A stretch of 64,000 nt of DNA from Oscillospiraceae bacterium (GTDB lineage: Bacteria; Bacillota; Clostridia; Oscillospirales; Oscillospiraceae). The notes beneath the pieces were generated by a model. It saw only the letters and a list, made by a program, of their open reading frames with translations. It was not told where the DNA came from and ran no database searches. The stretch lies in the NCBI GenBank assembly GCA_045628925.1, contig JAZQQF010000197.1, forward strand, positions 758-64,757. Reading direction: 5' to 3'. Positions 9,726 through 19,527 of this stretch are shown here, piece after piece (positions within the stretch are counted from its first letter, which is position 1; every line of letters starts with the position of its first letter). The position numbers and the translations under genes were made by a program.

Positions 9726-11351
9726 ATGGCAGACCGGAAAAAACAGAGCTTCGTCACCGGCGCCGCGGTGCTGACGGCCAGCACCGTCATCATCAAGGTG
9801 CTGGGCGCGCTGTTCAAGCTGCCGCTGGCGAATATCCTCGGCAGCGAGAGTATGGCGGATTTCGGCGCGGCCTACAATATCTATGCCCTGCTGCTCACCA
9901 TTTCCACGGCGGGCCTGCCGGTGGCGCTGAGCCGCATGATCTCGGCCTCCGACGCCATGGGGAAGCAGAATCAGGTGAAGCGCACCTTCCGGGTGGCCCG
10001 GGCGGCATTCTTCGTCATGGGTACCGTGACCACGCTGCTGATGCTCTTCGGCGCGAAGCAGCTGGCGGCCTTTGAGGGCGCGCCCACGGCGGTGACGGGC
10101 ATCCGCGTGCTGGCCCCGTCGCTGGTGTGCGTCTGCCTCACCTCGGCATACCGGGGCTATACGCAGGGCATGGGCAATATGGTGCCCACCAGCATCTCCC
10201 AGATCATCGAGACGTTGAGCAAGATCGTCTTCGGTCTCAGCGCGGCGTGGCTCATCATGCGCCGCTCCGGCAACGGGAGCATCGGCGCGGCGGGCGGCAT
10301 CTTCGGCGTGACCGTGGGCACCGTGCTGGCGCTTGCGTATATCATCCCAGCCAAGCTGCGGCTGGACCGGAAGACCATCACCCCGCTGGCAAATCCGGAC
10401 GTGCCGGAGAGCACGGGCAGCACGCTGAAAAAGCTCATCGCCATCGGCATCCCCATCACCATCGGCTCCTGCGTGCTGAACGTGGTGGCGGTCATCGACA
10501 TGAAGATGATCATGGAGCGGCTGCAGGGCGCGCTGCATTATGATTATCTCACCGCCAAGGGGCTTTACGGCATCTATTTCAACACCCAGACCCTGTATAA
10601 TCTGCCCTCCGCCTTCGCGGTGCCCATGGTCACCAGCGCCATCCCGGCCATCGCGGCCTATGCGGCGAAGAAGCAGCATAAGGACGCGGCACAGGTGCTG
10701 TGCGCGGCGCTGAAGCTGATGAATCTGCTGGCCATGCCCATGGCCGTGGGCATGGGCGTGCTGGCCGCGCCCATCATGGCCGGGCTTTACGGAGAGACCG
10801 ACGCGGTGGCGGGCGCGATCCTGAGCATCCTCAGCGCCGCCAGCTACGGCGTGTGCATCATGATGGTGACCAACGCCATCCTGCAGGCCTATGGGCACGA
10901 ATGGCGCAGTATGCTCCACGTGGCCATCGCCGCCGTGTGCAAGATCGTGGTGAACTACATCCTGCTGGGCGTTCCGGCCTTCGGCATCCTCGGCGCGGCG
11001 GCGGGCAACGTGGCCTGCTACGGGGTCGTCTGCCTGCTGAACCTGCTTGCCATCCGGCGGAAAGCGCCGGAATGCCCGCCGCTCCTGCCCCTGTTCGGGA
11101 AAACGCTGCTGGCCTCCCTGCTCATGGGCGTGTGCGCATGGCTGGTGAACCGGGGCGGCAGCCTCGTGCTGGGGAAGCTGGGGCTTTTCCAAAGCGGGCG
11201 CATGGCGGCGCTGGCCCCCATGGTACCCGCCATCCTCGTGGCCGTGGTGGTCTATCTGGTGCTGGTAGTGGTGCTGCGGGCCGTCACGAAGGAAGAACTG
11301 GAGCTGGTGCCCAAGGGCGATAAGGTCGCAAAGCTCCTGAAGATCCGATAA
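9726..11351 (+). CDS. MOP-superfamily flippase (SpoVB/MurJ-like polysaccharide biosynthesis protein)
   Basis: 541 aa and polytopic. The N-terminus F..GA.VL..S..I.K.LG...K.PL.N.LG..G...F..AY is typical of the SpoVB/MurJ family. Confidence 0.85.
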   Translation: MADRKKQSFVTGAAVLTASTVIIKVLGALFKLPLANILGSESMADFGAAYNIYALLLTISTAGLPVALSRMISASDAMGKQNQVKRTFRVARAAFFVMGTVTTLLMLFGAKQLAAFEGAPTAVTGIRVLAPSLVCVCLTSAYRGYTQGMGNMVPTSISQIIETLSKIVFGLSAAWLIMRRSGNGSIGAAGGIFGVTVGTVLALAYIIPAKLRLDRKTITPLANPDVPESTGSTLKKLIAIGIPITIGSCVLNVVAVIDMKMIMERLQGALHYDYLTAKGLYGIYFNTQTLYNLPSAFAVPMVTSAIPAIAAYAAKKQHKDAAQVLCAALKLMNLLAMPMAVGMGVLAAPIMAGLYGETDAVAGAILSILSAASYGVCIMMVTNAILQAYGHEWRSMLHVAIAAVCKIVVNYILLGVPAFGILGAAAGNVACYGVVCLLNLLAIRRKAPECPPLLPLFGKTLLASLLMGVCAWLVNRGGSLVLGKLGLFQSGRMAALAPMVPAILVAVVVYLVLVVVLRAVTKEELELVPKGDKVAKLLKIR

Positions 11352-11377
11352 TCCGATTTACAAAAGAGGGAATACCA

Positions 11378-11620
11378 ATGCGTTTAGACAAATATCTGAA
11401 GGTCTCCCGTCTCATCAAGCGCCGCACGGTGGCCAATGAAGCCTGCGACGGGGAGCGGGTGAGCGTGAACGGGAAGGTCGCCCGCGCCTCCTATGAGGTG
11501 AAGGTGGGCGATATCATCGAGATCCGCTTCGGGGAGCGTACCCTGAAGGTGCAGGTGGCCGAGGTGAACGAATACGCCTCCAAGGACAGCGCCGCCGCCA
11601 TGTATCAAGAGGTGCGGTGA
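11378..11620 (+). CDS. rqcP: S4-domain RNA-binding protein RqcP (YabO-like)
   Basis: 80 aa. MRLDKYLKVSRLIKRRTVA... aligns by eye along its whole length with B. subtilis YabO/RqcP. Confidence 0.85.
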   Translation: MRLDKYLKVSRLIKRRTVANEACDGERVSVNGKVARASYEVKVGDIIEIRFGERTLKVQVAEVNEYASKDSAAAMYQEVR

Positions 11621-13012
11621 TTGAAGCGGAATAAATGGATCGGCACCAGAGCGTTTTACGCCATGGTGCTTTCCGTCACCATCCCCATCGTCGTTCAGAA
11701 CGGCATCACGAACTTCGTGAACCTGCTGGACAACGTGATGGTGGGCCGGGTGGGCACGGAGGAAATGTCCGGCGTGGCCATCGCCAACCAGCTCATCATG
11801 GTCTTCAATCTGGGCATCTTCGGCGGCATCTCCGGCGCGGGCATCTTCACCGCCCAGTTTTACGGGCACAGCGATCTGAAAGGCGTGCGCAGCACCTTCC
11901 ATATCAAGCTCTTTACCGGCGTCGTCATCGCCGCGGTGAGCATCCTCGTCTTCCTCCTGTGGGGCGAGCCGCTCATCGGCCTGTTCCTGCAGGGCGAGAG
12001 CGATGTGGGCGACGCTGCCGCCGTGGCGATGTACGGCATGAAGTATCTTCGCATCAGCCTCATCGGCTTCCTGCCCTTCGCGGCGGTGCAGGTCTATGCC
12101 AGCACGCTGAAGGAATGCAGCGAGACGGTTCTGCCCATGAAGGCCAGCATCACCGCAGTGCTGACGAATCTGGTGCTGAACTACGTGTTCATTTTCGGCA
12201 AGCTGGGTCTCCCCGCCATGGGCGGCGCGGGCGCGGCCATCGCCACGGTCATCTCCCGCTACGTGGAGCTGGCCTTCGTTGTGATCGGCACCCACCGGAA
12301 TACGAAGAGATATGCCTTTGCTCAGGGACTTTACCGCGAGCTGCGCATCCCGCCCGCCCTGCTGGGGCAGGTGGTGAAGAAGGGCGTGCCGCTGCTGTTC
12401 AACGAGCTATTGTGGAGCGCGGGCATGGCGATCCTGAACCAGAGCTACAGCCTGCGGGGCCTGAGCGTGGTGGCAGCCATGAACATCAGCTCCACCATCG
12501 TGAACCTGTTCAACATCGTCATGATGGCCATGGGCAACACCGTCGCCATTCTGGTAGGGCAGGCGCTGGGCTCCGGGGATATGGAGCGGGCGAAGGATAC
12601 CGACCGGAAGCTCATCGTGTTCAGCGTGGGCGTCAGCACCGTGTTCGGCCTGCTGCTGGCCCTCGCCGCGCCCTATATCCCGAGGATCTACAACACGGAG
12701 GAGGCCGTTCGGTCGCTGGCTGCCACGCTGATGGTGATCTCCGGCGTGGTCACGCCCATCACGGCGTTTGCCCACGTGGCCTATTTCACCCTGCGCAGCG
12801 GCGGCAAAACGCTCATCACCTTCCTGTTCGACAGCGCCTATACCTGGGTGCTGACCGTGCCGCTGGCCTACGTCCTCGCCCATTTCACCAGCCTGCCCAT
12901 CGTGCCGGTCTACTGGATCGTGCAGCTCAGTAACCTCATCAAATGCGCCATGGGCTACATCATGGTGAAAAAGGGCATCTGGGTCAACAACATCGTGGCG
13001 GAAAACGATTAA
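11621..13012 (+). CDS. MATE family efflux transporter
   Basis: 463 aa with ~12 TM segments. The N-terminal pattern P....Q......LLD..MVG..G is MATE-typical. The start is uncertain (TTG at 11621 immediately after the rqcP stop). Confidence 0.9.
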   Translation: MKRNKWIGTRAFYAMVLSVTIPIVVQNGITNFVNLLDNVMVGRVGTEEMSGVAIANQLIMVFNLGIFGGISGAGIFTAQFYGHSDLKGVRSTFHIKLFTGVVIAAVSILVFLLWGEPLIGLFLQGESDVGDAAAVAMYGMKYLRISLIGFLPFAAVQVYASTLKECSETVLPMKASITAVLTNLVLNYVFIFGKLGLPAMGGAGAAIATVISRYVELAFVVIGTHRNTKRYAFAQGLYRELRIPPALLGQVVKKGVPLLFNELLWSAGMAILNQSYSLRGLSVVAAMNISSTIVNLFNIVMMAMGNTVAILVGQALGSGDMERAKDTDRKLIVFSVGVSTVFGLLLALAAPYIPRIYNTEEAVRSLAATLMVISGVVTPITAFAHVAYFTLRSGGKTLITFLFDSAYTWVLTVPLAYVLAHFTSLPIVPVYWIVQLSNLIKCAMGYIMVKKGIWVNNIVAEND

Positions 13013-13017
13013 AAAAA

Positions 13018-13040
13018 CGCCTCTCCCATCGGGAGAGGCG
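13018..13040 (-). terminator. intrinsic terminator between convergent genes (U-tract on the minus strand)
   Basis: cgcctctccc / gggagaggcg 10-bp stem. It is preceded on the + strand by aaaaaaa, which gives a T-tract for the minus-strand transcript. Confidence 0.55.
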
Positions 13041-13055
13041 CTTCGTATATGAACG

Positions 13056-13418
13056 TCAGTTCTTCTTATCGCGGGTAAAGTCACGCAGGGCTTCGATGGA
13101 ATCCTTCACCAGCTTCGCCAGCTCGGGGTCGCCATCGGTGACCACGTGGCGCAGGCGCTCGATCTGACTGTCGGGATCATAGCGCAGAGCGCCCAGACCT
13201 TTGACGGCGGCGACCTTCGCTTCCCGCTCGGGGCGGGCGAGGATATCGGTCAGGATATTGCGGCATTCTTCGCTTCTGCCGGTGCCGCAGGCTTCGGCAA
13301 TCTCCACCGCCAGCGACACGTCCTTTTTCTGACCAAGCCGTGCCAGCTTCTTCCACTTCTTCTCCGCGACCATCTTTGCGTACTTTTCGTTTGCCATTTT
13401 TACGGGACTTCCTTTCAT
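13056..13418 (-). CDS. hypothetical helical protein (HEAT-like repeats?)
   Basis: 120 aa with balanced, charged composition and no recognised motif. An alternative start at 13397 gives MANEKY. Confidence 0.55.
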   Translation of the reverse strand: MKGSPVKMANEKYAKMVAEKKWKKLARLGQKKDVSLAVEIAEACGTGRSEECRNILTDILARPEREAKVAAVKGLGALRYDPDSQIERLRHVVTDGDPELAKLVKDSIEALRDFTRDKKN

Positions 13419-13546
13419 GCGTTTTCCGAATCCTTCCGGAAGGGAAACAAAGTAGTATACTCCCTATCATATCGGAAAATATGACTTTTGTCAAGAAAAC
13501 GGCCCGCTTTTCATCGGAAAACGGGGCGAAAGCGGGGAAACGGAAA

Positions 13547-13585
13547 AGCGGACAGAGGCCGGGAAAAATCCGGTATCTGTCCGCT
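13547..13585 (-). terminator. hairpin downstream of the small lipoprotein gene
   Basis: agcggacaga / tctgtccgct outer stem plus an inner ccgg/ccgg stem. On the minus strand it is followed by tttccgtttcc. Confidence 0.45.
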
Positions 13586-13592
13586 TCTGCCG

Positions 13593-13916
13593 TCAGGCCA
13601 TGCCGCCGCCCGGCAGGATGCCGCGCCGCGCCTGCGGGGTCTCCGAGGGGACGGGCGCGTCCGTTGCGGACACGCCGCCGTCCGTTGCCGGTGCGCCGGT
13701 GGCGGGGACTTCGCTGGGCTTTTCCGTGGGCGCCTCGGCAGGCGTCTCCGTGGGCTTCACGGTGGGCGTGGGGCTGGCCGGGGCGGGGGAGGATGTGACG
13801 TTGGCGGTCACGCGGGGCGGATTTGTGTGCGCAGCGCCGCCCTTGTCGCTTTCACAGCCGCAGAACAGCAGCACAGGCAGCAGGATCGCCGCCATGAGAA
13901 GAAGGGTCCGTTTCAT
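13593..13916 (-). CDS. small Pro/Thr-rich putative lipoprotein
   Basis: MKRTLLLMAAILLPVLLFCGC signal/lipobox-like N-terminus, then low-complexity P/T/A/E-rich sequence. Confidence 0.6.
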   Translation of the reverse strand: MKRTLLLMAAILLPVLLFCGCESDKGGAAHTNPPRVTANVTSSPAPASPTPTVKPTETPAEAPTEKPSEVPATGAPATDGGVSATDAPVPSETPQARRGILPGGGMA

Positions 13917-14075
13917 CGATTTCCATGTTCCTTTCCTGCCGAAAAACCGGCTTCGCAGCTATTGTGCGCGTTCCATGCGGAAATCATGCAGGAAAGAACG
14001 GAAAATCGCCGCGTGTCCGAAAAATACCAAAATAAAATTCTGCGGCGCCGAAGCATCGCAGAATTTTGAAAGTTC

Positions 14076-14717
14076 TTATTCGGTGTACTCGCTGTGGATG
14101 AGAGCGCTGAGGCGAAGCGTCCCGTCCGCATCCTCGAAGACCATGCGGAGGATGCTCCAGTCCGTTCCCTCCGGGGCTTCGGGCGGGAAGTAGAGGTCCA
14201 CGAACTGCGCATCCGGGAAGACGCTGCTGAGATTCTCCAGGGCGTTGCCGCTGCGGACCACGGTATTGAAGCCGATGATGGGGGCCTTCCCGTAATCCCG
14301 GTCGTAAACGTAGGTCTCGAAATACTGCTTCGCGGTGAGCTGGATGGGTTCGTCGCTGTCCACCTTGGTGCCCCACGTATAAACGTTGGTGTCGCTGCCG
14401 ACGATTGCGACCCGATTGGCGGTAAAGCATTGATTGGAGCTGAGATTGATGGTAGAATAGGGGGAGAAGACCAGCCCGTATACCGGGTGGACGAGCGTGC
14501 TCAGGGTCTCATAATCCCCTTCCCGCAGCACATCCGCCACGCTGAGGGCCAGCTTTGTCAGTTCTTCGTGCTGCGCGCGGCTGCTCTGAACGGCGGGCAA
14601 CTCCGCCGCGGGCTCACGCGGGGTGTGCCCGTTCAGAAACGTGATGAGCAGGAAGCAGCCGATGCCCAGCGCGGCGCCCAGCAGGAGGCAGCCAAGACTG
14701 AGGAGTTGCTTTTTCAT
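14076..14717 (-). CDS. membrane-anchored hypothetical protein
   Basis: The internal ATG at 14717 gives MKKQLLSLGCLLLGAALGIGCFLLITFL (signal anchor). The remainder is a globular domain with no motif I recognise. Confidence 0.6.
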   Translation of the reverse strand: MKKQLLSLGCLLLGAALGIGCFLLITFLNGHTPREPAAELPAVQSSRAQHEELTKLALSVADVLREGDYETLSTLVHPVYGLVFSPYSTINLSSNQCFTANRVAIVGSDTNVYTWGTKVDSDEPIQLTAKQYFETYVYDRDYGKAPIIGFNTVVRSGNALENLSSVFPDAQFVDLYFPPEAPEGTDWSILRMVFEDADGTLRLSALIHSEYTE

Positions 14718-14841
14718 ACATACCTCGATTTGTGTTGATTTGGCGGGGCAGAACGATATCGACGATAAATACAAAACCCCATATTAAAGATACGCTATCA
14801 TAACCCATAAAAACAGATTTTGCAATTACAAACGGTTACAA

Positions 14842-15609
14842 ATGACCGAAAAGGAGCCAAAAATGCTGGTAAACGGAGTTGAATATCACATTCATTGCCG
14901 GAAAGAGGACATCGGAGAATACTGCATCCTGCCCGGAGACCCGGCCCGCTGCGACCTGATCGCGCGATATTTCGAGGAACCGAAGCTCATCGGGCAGAAC
15001 CGGGAATACCGGGTCATCACCGGCTGTCTGGGCGATAAGCGGGTCAGCGCCGTGTCCACGGGCATCGGCGGACCCAGCGCCGTCATCGCCATGGAGGAGC
15101 TGGCGGAGTTGGGCGCGCACACCTTCATCCGGGTGGGCACCTGCGGCGGCATCCGCACCGACGTGCGCCCCGGCGACGCGGTGATCGCCTCCGCCGCCGT
15201 TCGTGCGGAGGGGACCAGCCGGGAATACGCCCCCATCGAATTTCCCGCCGCGGCGGACTTCTCGGTCACGCTGGCGCTGAAGCAGGCGGCCGACGCGCTG
15301 GGTGTCCCCAATCACGTGGGCATCGTGCAGTGCAAGGATTCCTTCTACGGGCAGCACAGACCGGAGGTCATGCCCGTGGCGGGCGAGCTGCAGGCCAAAT
15401 GGGAGGCGTGGAAGCGCCTTGGCGTGCTGTGCAGCGAAATGGAAAGCGCGGCGCTCTACGTGGCGGCGGCGCATCTGGGCGTCAGATGCGGGTGCGTGCT
15501 GCACGTTTTCTGGAATCAGGAGCGTGCCGCGCTGGGCATTCAGGAGGATAATTCGCCGGATACGGACAATGCCATCCGCATCGCGGCGGAGGCTATCAGA
15601 AATCTGTAA
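14842..15609 (+). CDS. udp: uridine phosphorylase (PNP/UDP family 1)
   Basis: Aligns by eye with E. coli Udp across [33 protein letters not shown] and EMESA. Confidence 0.85.
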   Translation: MTEKEPKMLVNGVEYHIHCRKEDIGEYCILPGDPARCDLIARYFEEPKLIGQNREYRVITGCLGDKRVSAVSTGIGGPSAVIAMEELAELGAHTFIRVGTCGGIRTDVRPGDAVIASAAVRAEGTSREYAPIEFPAAADFSVTLALKQAADALGVPNHVGIVQCKDSFYGQHRPEVMPVAGELQAKWEAWKRLGVLCSEMESAALYVAAAHLGVRCGCVLHVFWNQERAALGIQEDNSPDTDNAIRIAAEAIRNL

Positions 15610-15613
15610 GAAA

Positions 15614-15644
15614 AGCGCCCGGGCTGAGATGAAGCCCGGGCGCT
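15614..15644. terminator. hairpin between convergent udp and obg
   Basis: Perfect 12-bp stem agcgcccgggct / agcccgggcgct with a 7-nt loop. Confidence 0.55.
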
Positions 15645-15655
15645 GTTGTATTCGA

Positions 15656-16939
15656 TCATCGCCGATAGAGAAATTCCAGATCGTAGAGGGAGATGGTGTC
15701 GCCCTCCTGCACGCCCATGTCCTCCAGCCGGTCATAGACGCCGCCGTCCCGCAGGCAGCGGTCGAAATACATCCGGCTTTCGCTGTCGCTGAGGTTCACG
15801 CGCATGAGCAGCCGCTCCAGCCACGGGCCTTCCACGACCCACAGGTCGGTATCCTGCCGGCGGATGGTCAGCTCATCCGCGCTGCCCGGCTCCGCTTCCG
15901 GCTCCACGTATTCCTCCTCAAAGAAGGGGATGGGGGGCAGCTCCTGCAGCTTCGCGGCGGCGGCCAGTGTCAGCTCCCGCACGCCCTGATTGGTGGCGGC
16001 GGAAATTTCATAGAGAGGGAGACCCAGCGAGGCGATATGCGCCCGGAACGCCTCCGTCAGCGCTTCATCCTGCGCGATATCGGACTTGTTGGCGGCGACG
16101 ATCTGGGGCCGCTCCGCCAGCGCGGGGGGATACTCCCGCAGCTCGGCATTGATGGCCTCGAAATCCGCCACGGGGTCGCGCCCCTCGCTGCCGGAAACGT
16201 CTACCACGTGGATGAGGAGCCTGCAGCGCTCGATGTGCCGCAGGAAATCATGCCCGAGGCCCGCGCCCTCTGCCGCGCCCTCGATGATGCCGGGGATATC
16301 CGCCATGACGAAGCTCTCGCCCTCGGCGGCCCAGACCACGCCCAGATTGGGGTAGAGCGTGGTGAAATGATAGTCCGCGATCTTCGGATGGGCGCGGGAG
16401 ACGGCGGCCAGCAGCGTGGATTTGCCCACGTTGGGGAAGCCCACGAGCCCCACGTCCGCCAGCAGCTTCAGCTCCAGAATGACCTCCCGCCGCTGGCCCT
16501 CCATGCCCGGCTTGGCGAAGCGGGGCACCTGCCGGGTGGGGGTGGCGAAATGCTTGTTGCCCCAGCCGCCCCGGCCACCCCGGGCCAGAATGAAGGCCTG
16601 CCCGTCGGACATATCGTGGATGACGGCGTTCGTCTCCCGGTCGCGGATGATGGTGCCCCGGGGCACGCGGATGACCAGGTCCTCCCCGTCCCGCCCGCTT
16701 TTCAGAGCGCCCTGCCCGTCGCCCCCGTTGGGCGCAACGTATTTCCGCTTGTAGCGGAAGTCCATCAGCGTGGACATATTTTCATCCACGGTCAGCACGA
16801 TATTGCCGCCGCGTCCGCCGTCGCCCCCGTCGGGTCCGCCGGCGGCAACGTATTTTTCCCGGTGGAAGGCCACGGCCCCGTTGCCGCCTCTGCCGGCGAC
16901 GACGGTGATGCCCGCCTTATCGACAAATGTGGATGCCAT
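15656..16939 (-). CDS. obg: GTPase ObgE/CgtA
   Basis: Obg-fold Gly-rich N-terminus (GGNGAVAFHREK..GGPDGGDGGRGGNIVL), G domain (GFPNVGKST, DIPGIIEGA, NKSD) and a C-terminal OCT domain. Confidence 0.97.
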   Translation of the reverse strand: MASTFVDKAGITVVAGRGGNGAVAFHREKYVAAGGPDGGDGGRGGNIVLTVDENMSTLMDFRYKRKYVAPNGGDGQGALKSGRDGEDLVIRVPRGTIIRDRETNAVIHDMSDGQAFILARGGRGGWGNKHFATPTRQVPRFAKPGMEGQRREVILELKLLADVGLVGFPNVGKSTLLAAVSRAHPKIADYHFTTLYPNLGVVWAAEGESFVMADIPGIIEGAAEGAGLGHDFLRHIERCRLLIHVVDVSGSEGRDPVADFEAINAELREYPPALAERPQIVAANKSDIAQDEALTEAFRAHIASLGLPLYEISAATNQGVRELTLAAAAKLQELPPIPFFEEEYVEPEAEPGSADELTIRRQDTDLWVVEGPWLERLLMRVNLSDSESRMYFDRCLRDGGVYDRLEDMGVQEGDTISLYDLEFLYRR

Positions 16940-17001
16940 CGTATCCCCTCCAAAACATGAAAAACGGCTGCCTCCGACGGAGACAGCCGTTTAGCAGCAG
17001 A

Positions 17002-17271
17002 TTATTCCGCGACTTCGGGAACCTCGTAAACAGAGACCTGCTTGCGATCCCGGCCCAGACGCTCGTAACGAACGATGCCGTCCTTCAGGGCGAAGAGATT
17101 GTAGTTGATTCCGCAGCCCACGTTCATGCCCGGGTGGATCTTCGTGCCGCACTGGGTGTAGAGAATATTGCCGGCGAGAACGAACTGACCGTCGGCCCGC
17201 TTTGCACCAAGACGCTTGGACTTAATGTCGCGACCGTTCTTGGTGGAGCCCATACCTTTTTTATGTGCCAT
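17002..17271 (-). CDS. rpmA: 50S ribosomal protein L27
   Basis: [15 protein letters not shown].. is the canonical L27 N-terminus. 89 aa. Confidence 0.95.
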   Translation of the reverse strand: MAHKKGMGSTKNGRDIKSKRLGAKRADGQFVLAGNILYTQCGTKIHPGMNVGCGINYNLFALKDGIVRYERLGRDRKQVSVYEVPEVAE

Positions 17272-17286
17272 GGTTTCTCCTCCTTC

Positions 17287-17607
17287 TCAGCCGACCGTGA
17301 TGGCGTCGATCTGAACCTGAGTATAGGGCTGACGATGGCCCTGACGCCGACGGTAATTCTTTTTGGCTTTGTACTTGAAAACGCGGATCTTCTTGCCCTT
17401 GCCGTTCTTGACGACCTTCGCGGTGACGGCGGCGCCGGCCACGGTGGGGGTGCCGAAGATGGGTTCGGCTTCGTCGCTCACGACGGCCAGGACCTGATCA
17501 AAGGTGACGATTTCGCCGGCTTCAGCAGGCAGCTTTTCGATGAACAGAAGATCGCCTTCCGCGACTCTGTACTGCTTGCCGCCGGTCACAATGATTGCAT
17601 GCTGCAA
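17287..17607 (-). CDS. rplU: 50S ribosomal protein L21
   Basis: [13 protein letters not shown] core. TTG at 17607 is preceded by AAGGAG at 9-nt spacing and gives a 106-aa product typical of L21. In-frame ATGs at 17628 and 17676 would add atypical extensions. Confidence 0.85.
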   Translation of the reverse strand: MQHAIIVTGGKQYRVAEGDLLFIEKLPAEAGEIVTFDQVLAVVSDEAEPIFGTPTVAGAAVTAKVVKNGKGKKIRVFKYKAKKNYRRRQGHRQPYTQVQIDAITVG

Positions 17608-17713
17608 GGTTTCTTTCTCCTTGTCCATAATCTCGCTCTCGGGGGTGCGGGAGACCCGGCTTTCATACCCATTCAAAGCGGCTTAGAGACTATATCATTC
17701 TTTTGGGAGCGTG

Positions 17714-18919
17714 TCAAGATTTTTTGCCGTTATTTTCCCTGTTTTTCCCGTGCTTTTCGCCTTTTTCCTCCCGCCTGCGGAAACGGTAGATGATCTTCCC
17801 GGCGGGCGGCGGGGTCTCCTCCTGTTCGGCGGGCTTGAAGAGGTTGATGGGCACATCCGGGTCGTTGTTCAGATTCGTGATGATGGCGGCGGTGATGGGG
17901 AAGCCGAACAGGCCCCACACGCCGAACAGGCTGCTGCCCACGAACATACACGCCAGCGTGACCAGCGGGGGCAGGCCCACCTGCTTGCCCACCAGCTTGG
18001 GTTCGAGAAACTGGCGGACCACGATGACCACCACGTAGAGAATGGCAAGGCCGACGCCCCGGAGGATCTTCCCCTGAATGAAGGTGACGATGGCCCACGG
18101 CAGCAGGATCATGCCCGCGCCCACGATGGGGAAGATATCGAACAGGGCCATGAGCAGGGCGATGAGCGGCGCGTGCTTTACGCCGATGATCAGCAGGCCG
18201 ACGCAGATCTCGCAGAAGGTGATGAGCATCACCAGCGCGTAGCTCTTGCCGTAAAGTCCGATGATCTTGCGGAAGCTCTCGATGGCATAGCCGCCGGTGA
18301 CGCGCACCTTCTCCGGCAGGTTGCGCTGGAAGAAGCCCTTCATGGCGTCGAACGCGGTGGCCATGAAGATGGTGGCGATGATGGCGATGACGCCGGAGAG
18401 CAGGTAGCTGGGGACCTTGGTGGCCACGTTGGTCAGCTTGCCCACCGCGCTCACGCTGAAGCTGGTGATGGCGCCGGACACGGCGGAGAACACCTCCGGC
18501 AGCACCCGGTTCACCACCTCCACGATGGAGGGGTCGAAGCGGGCGGCCAGCGTCTGCGCATTGAGATAGAGGTTCTTCAGGCCCGGCTCCAGCGATTCGT
18601 TGTACCAGTCCGGCAGCCTGCCCGCATAGGACGCGAGGCTGCTCACCAGATTGGCGGCAAACAGCAGTACGATGCAGCCGATGATGAGATAGAACAGAAT
18701 AACAGTCGCCACCGTTACGGCGGTGGTGAGCTTGGAGTGGTTCGGGAACTTCCGGCGGAAGAATCTGCAGATGGGCCGCAGCAGCCATGCTACCAGCAGC
18801 GCGACGACAAAGGGCAGCAGCAGATTCAGCAGATAGCGGAAGATCAGATAGGCGATGGCCGCGATGATGGCCCAGTAAGAGACGTTGATGATAAAACGCC
18901 TGCGTTTTCCGATGTCCAA
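17714..18919 (-). CDS. AI-2E family transporter (YtvI-like sporulation integral membrane protein)
   Basis: 401 aa and polytopic. The family-typical C-terminal half reads ..DIFPIVGAGMILLPWA...F....P.LVG..VGL.PL. Confidence 0.8.
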   Translation of the reverse strand: MDIGKRRRFIINVSYWAIIAAIAYLIFRYLLNLLLPFVVALLVAWLLRPICRFFRRKFPNHSKLTTAVTVATVILFYLIIGCIVLLFAANLVSSLASYAGRLPDWYNESLEPGLKNLYLNAQTLAARFDPSIVEVVNRVLPEVFSAVSGAITSFSVSAVGKLTNVATKVPSYLLSGVIAIIATIFMATAFDAMKGFFQRNLPEKVRVTGGYAIESFRKIIGLYGKSYALVMLITFCEICVGLLIIGVKHAPLIALLMALFDIFPIVGAGMILLPWAIVTFIQGKILRGVGLAILYVVVIVVRQFLEPKLVGKQVGLPPLVTLACMFVGSSLFGVWGLFGFPITAAIITNLNNDPDVPINLFKPAEQEETPPPAGKIIYRFRRREEKGEKHGKNRENNGKKS

Positions 18920-18957
18920 AATGTCCTCCTTTCCGCGAAGGGCAAACAGCTTTTGTT

Positions 18958-19527
18958 TCAGAAGGAAATGACGCCCAGATGCTCCAGCAGGATCTTCAGG
19001 CCCAGCAGGATCAGAATGATGCCGCCTGCGGCCTCGGCTTTGGCTTTGTATTTCGTGCCGAAGACGCTGCCCACCTTCACGCCCGCCATACTGAGCAGGA
19101 AGGTGACCACGCCGATGAAGCTGACGGCGGGCACGATGCGCACCTGCAGGAAGGCGAAGGTGATGCCCACGGCCAGCGCGTCGATGCTGGTGGCGACGGC
19201 CATGGGCAGCATGGCTTTCACGCCGAGAGAGGCGTCCGCCTCATCCGGTTCCTCCTTGCCGAAGGCCTCCCGCAGCATATTCGCGCCGATGGCCGCCAGC
19301 AGGACGAAGGCGATCCAGTGATCCACACTGGTGATGTACTTTTCAAATCTGGCCCCCAGAAACCAGCCGATGAGCGGCATCAGCGCCTGAAAGCCGCCGA
19401 ACCAGAGGCCGGGGATGAGCGCATGGCGAAGCTGACATTTGCCCAGCGCGAGGCCCTTGCACACCGCCACGGCGAAAGCGTCCATGCTCAGTCCGATGGC
19501 GAGGATCAACAGTTCAGGTATGTTCAT
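18958..19527 (-). CDS. mntP: manganese efflux pump MntP
   Basis: 189 aa. Duplicated DUF204 pattern (LSMDAFAVA.. and ATSIDALAVGI). Confidence 0.9.
   Translation of the reverse strand: MNIPELLILAIGLSMDAFAVAVCKGLALGKCQLRHALIPGLWFGGFQALMPLIGWFLGARFEKYITSVDHWIAFVLLAAIGANMLREAFGKEEPDEADASLGVKAMLPMAVATSIDALAVGITFAFLQVRIVPAVSFIGVVTFLLSMAGVKVGSVFGTKYKAKAEAAGGIILILLGLKILLEHLGVISF

Noticed and set aside
7902-11192. 1096-aa minus-strand ORF
   Set aside because: It is antisense to the DAK2 and SpoVB/MurJ-like genes, whose motifs are unambiguous. Its composition is dominated by R/H/G/A/D and it has no RBS.
11635-12933. 432-aa ORF in an alternative + frame inside the MATE gene
   Set aside because: Its translation is Arg/His/Gly/Pro-rich, without the hydrophobic periodicity expected of a transporter. 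The overlapping frame starting at 11621 encodes a bona fide 12-TM MATE protein.
17608-17713. Possible ribosomal L21-leader RNA upstream of rplU
   Set aside because: The region is short (~85-105 nt depending on the start codon). I cannot verify the conserved leader structure by eye, so it is left unannotated pending an Rfam scan.
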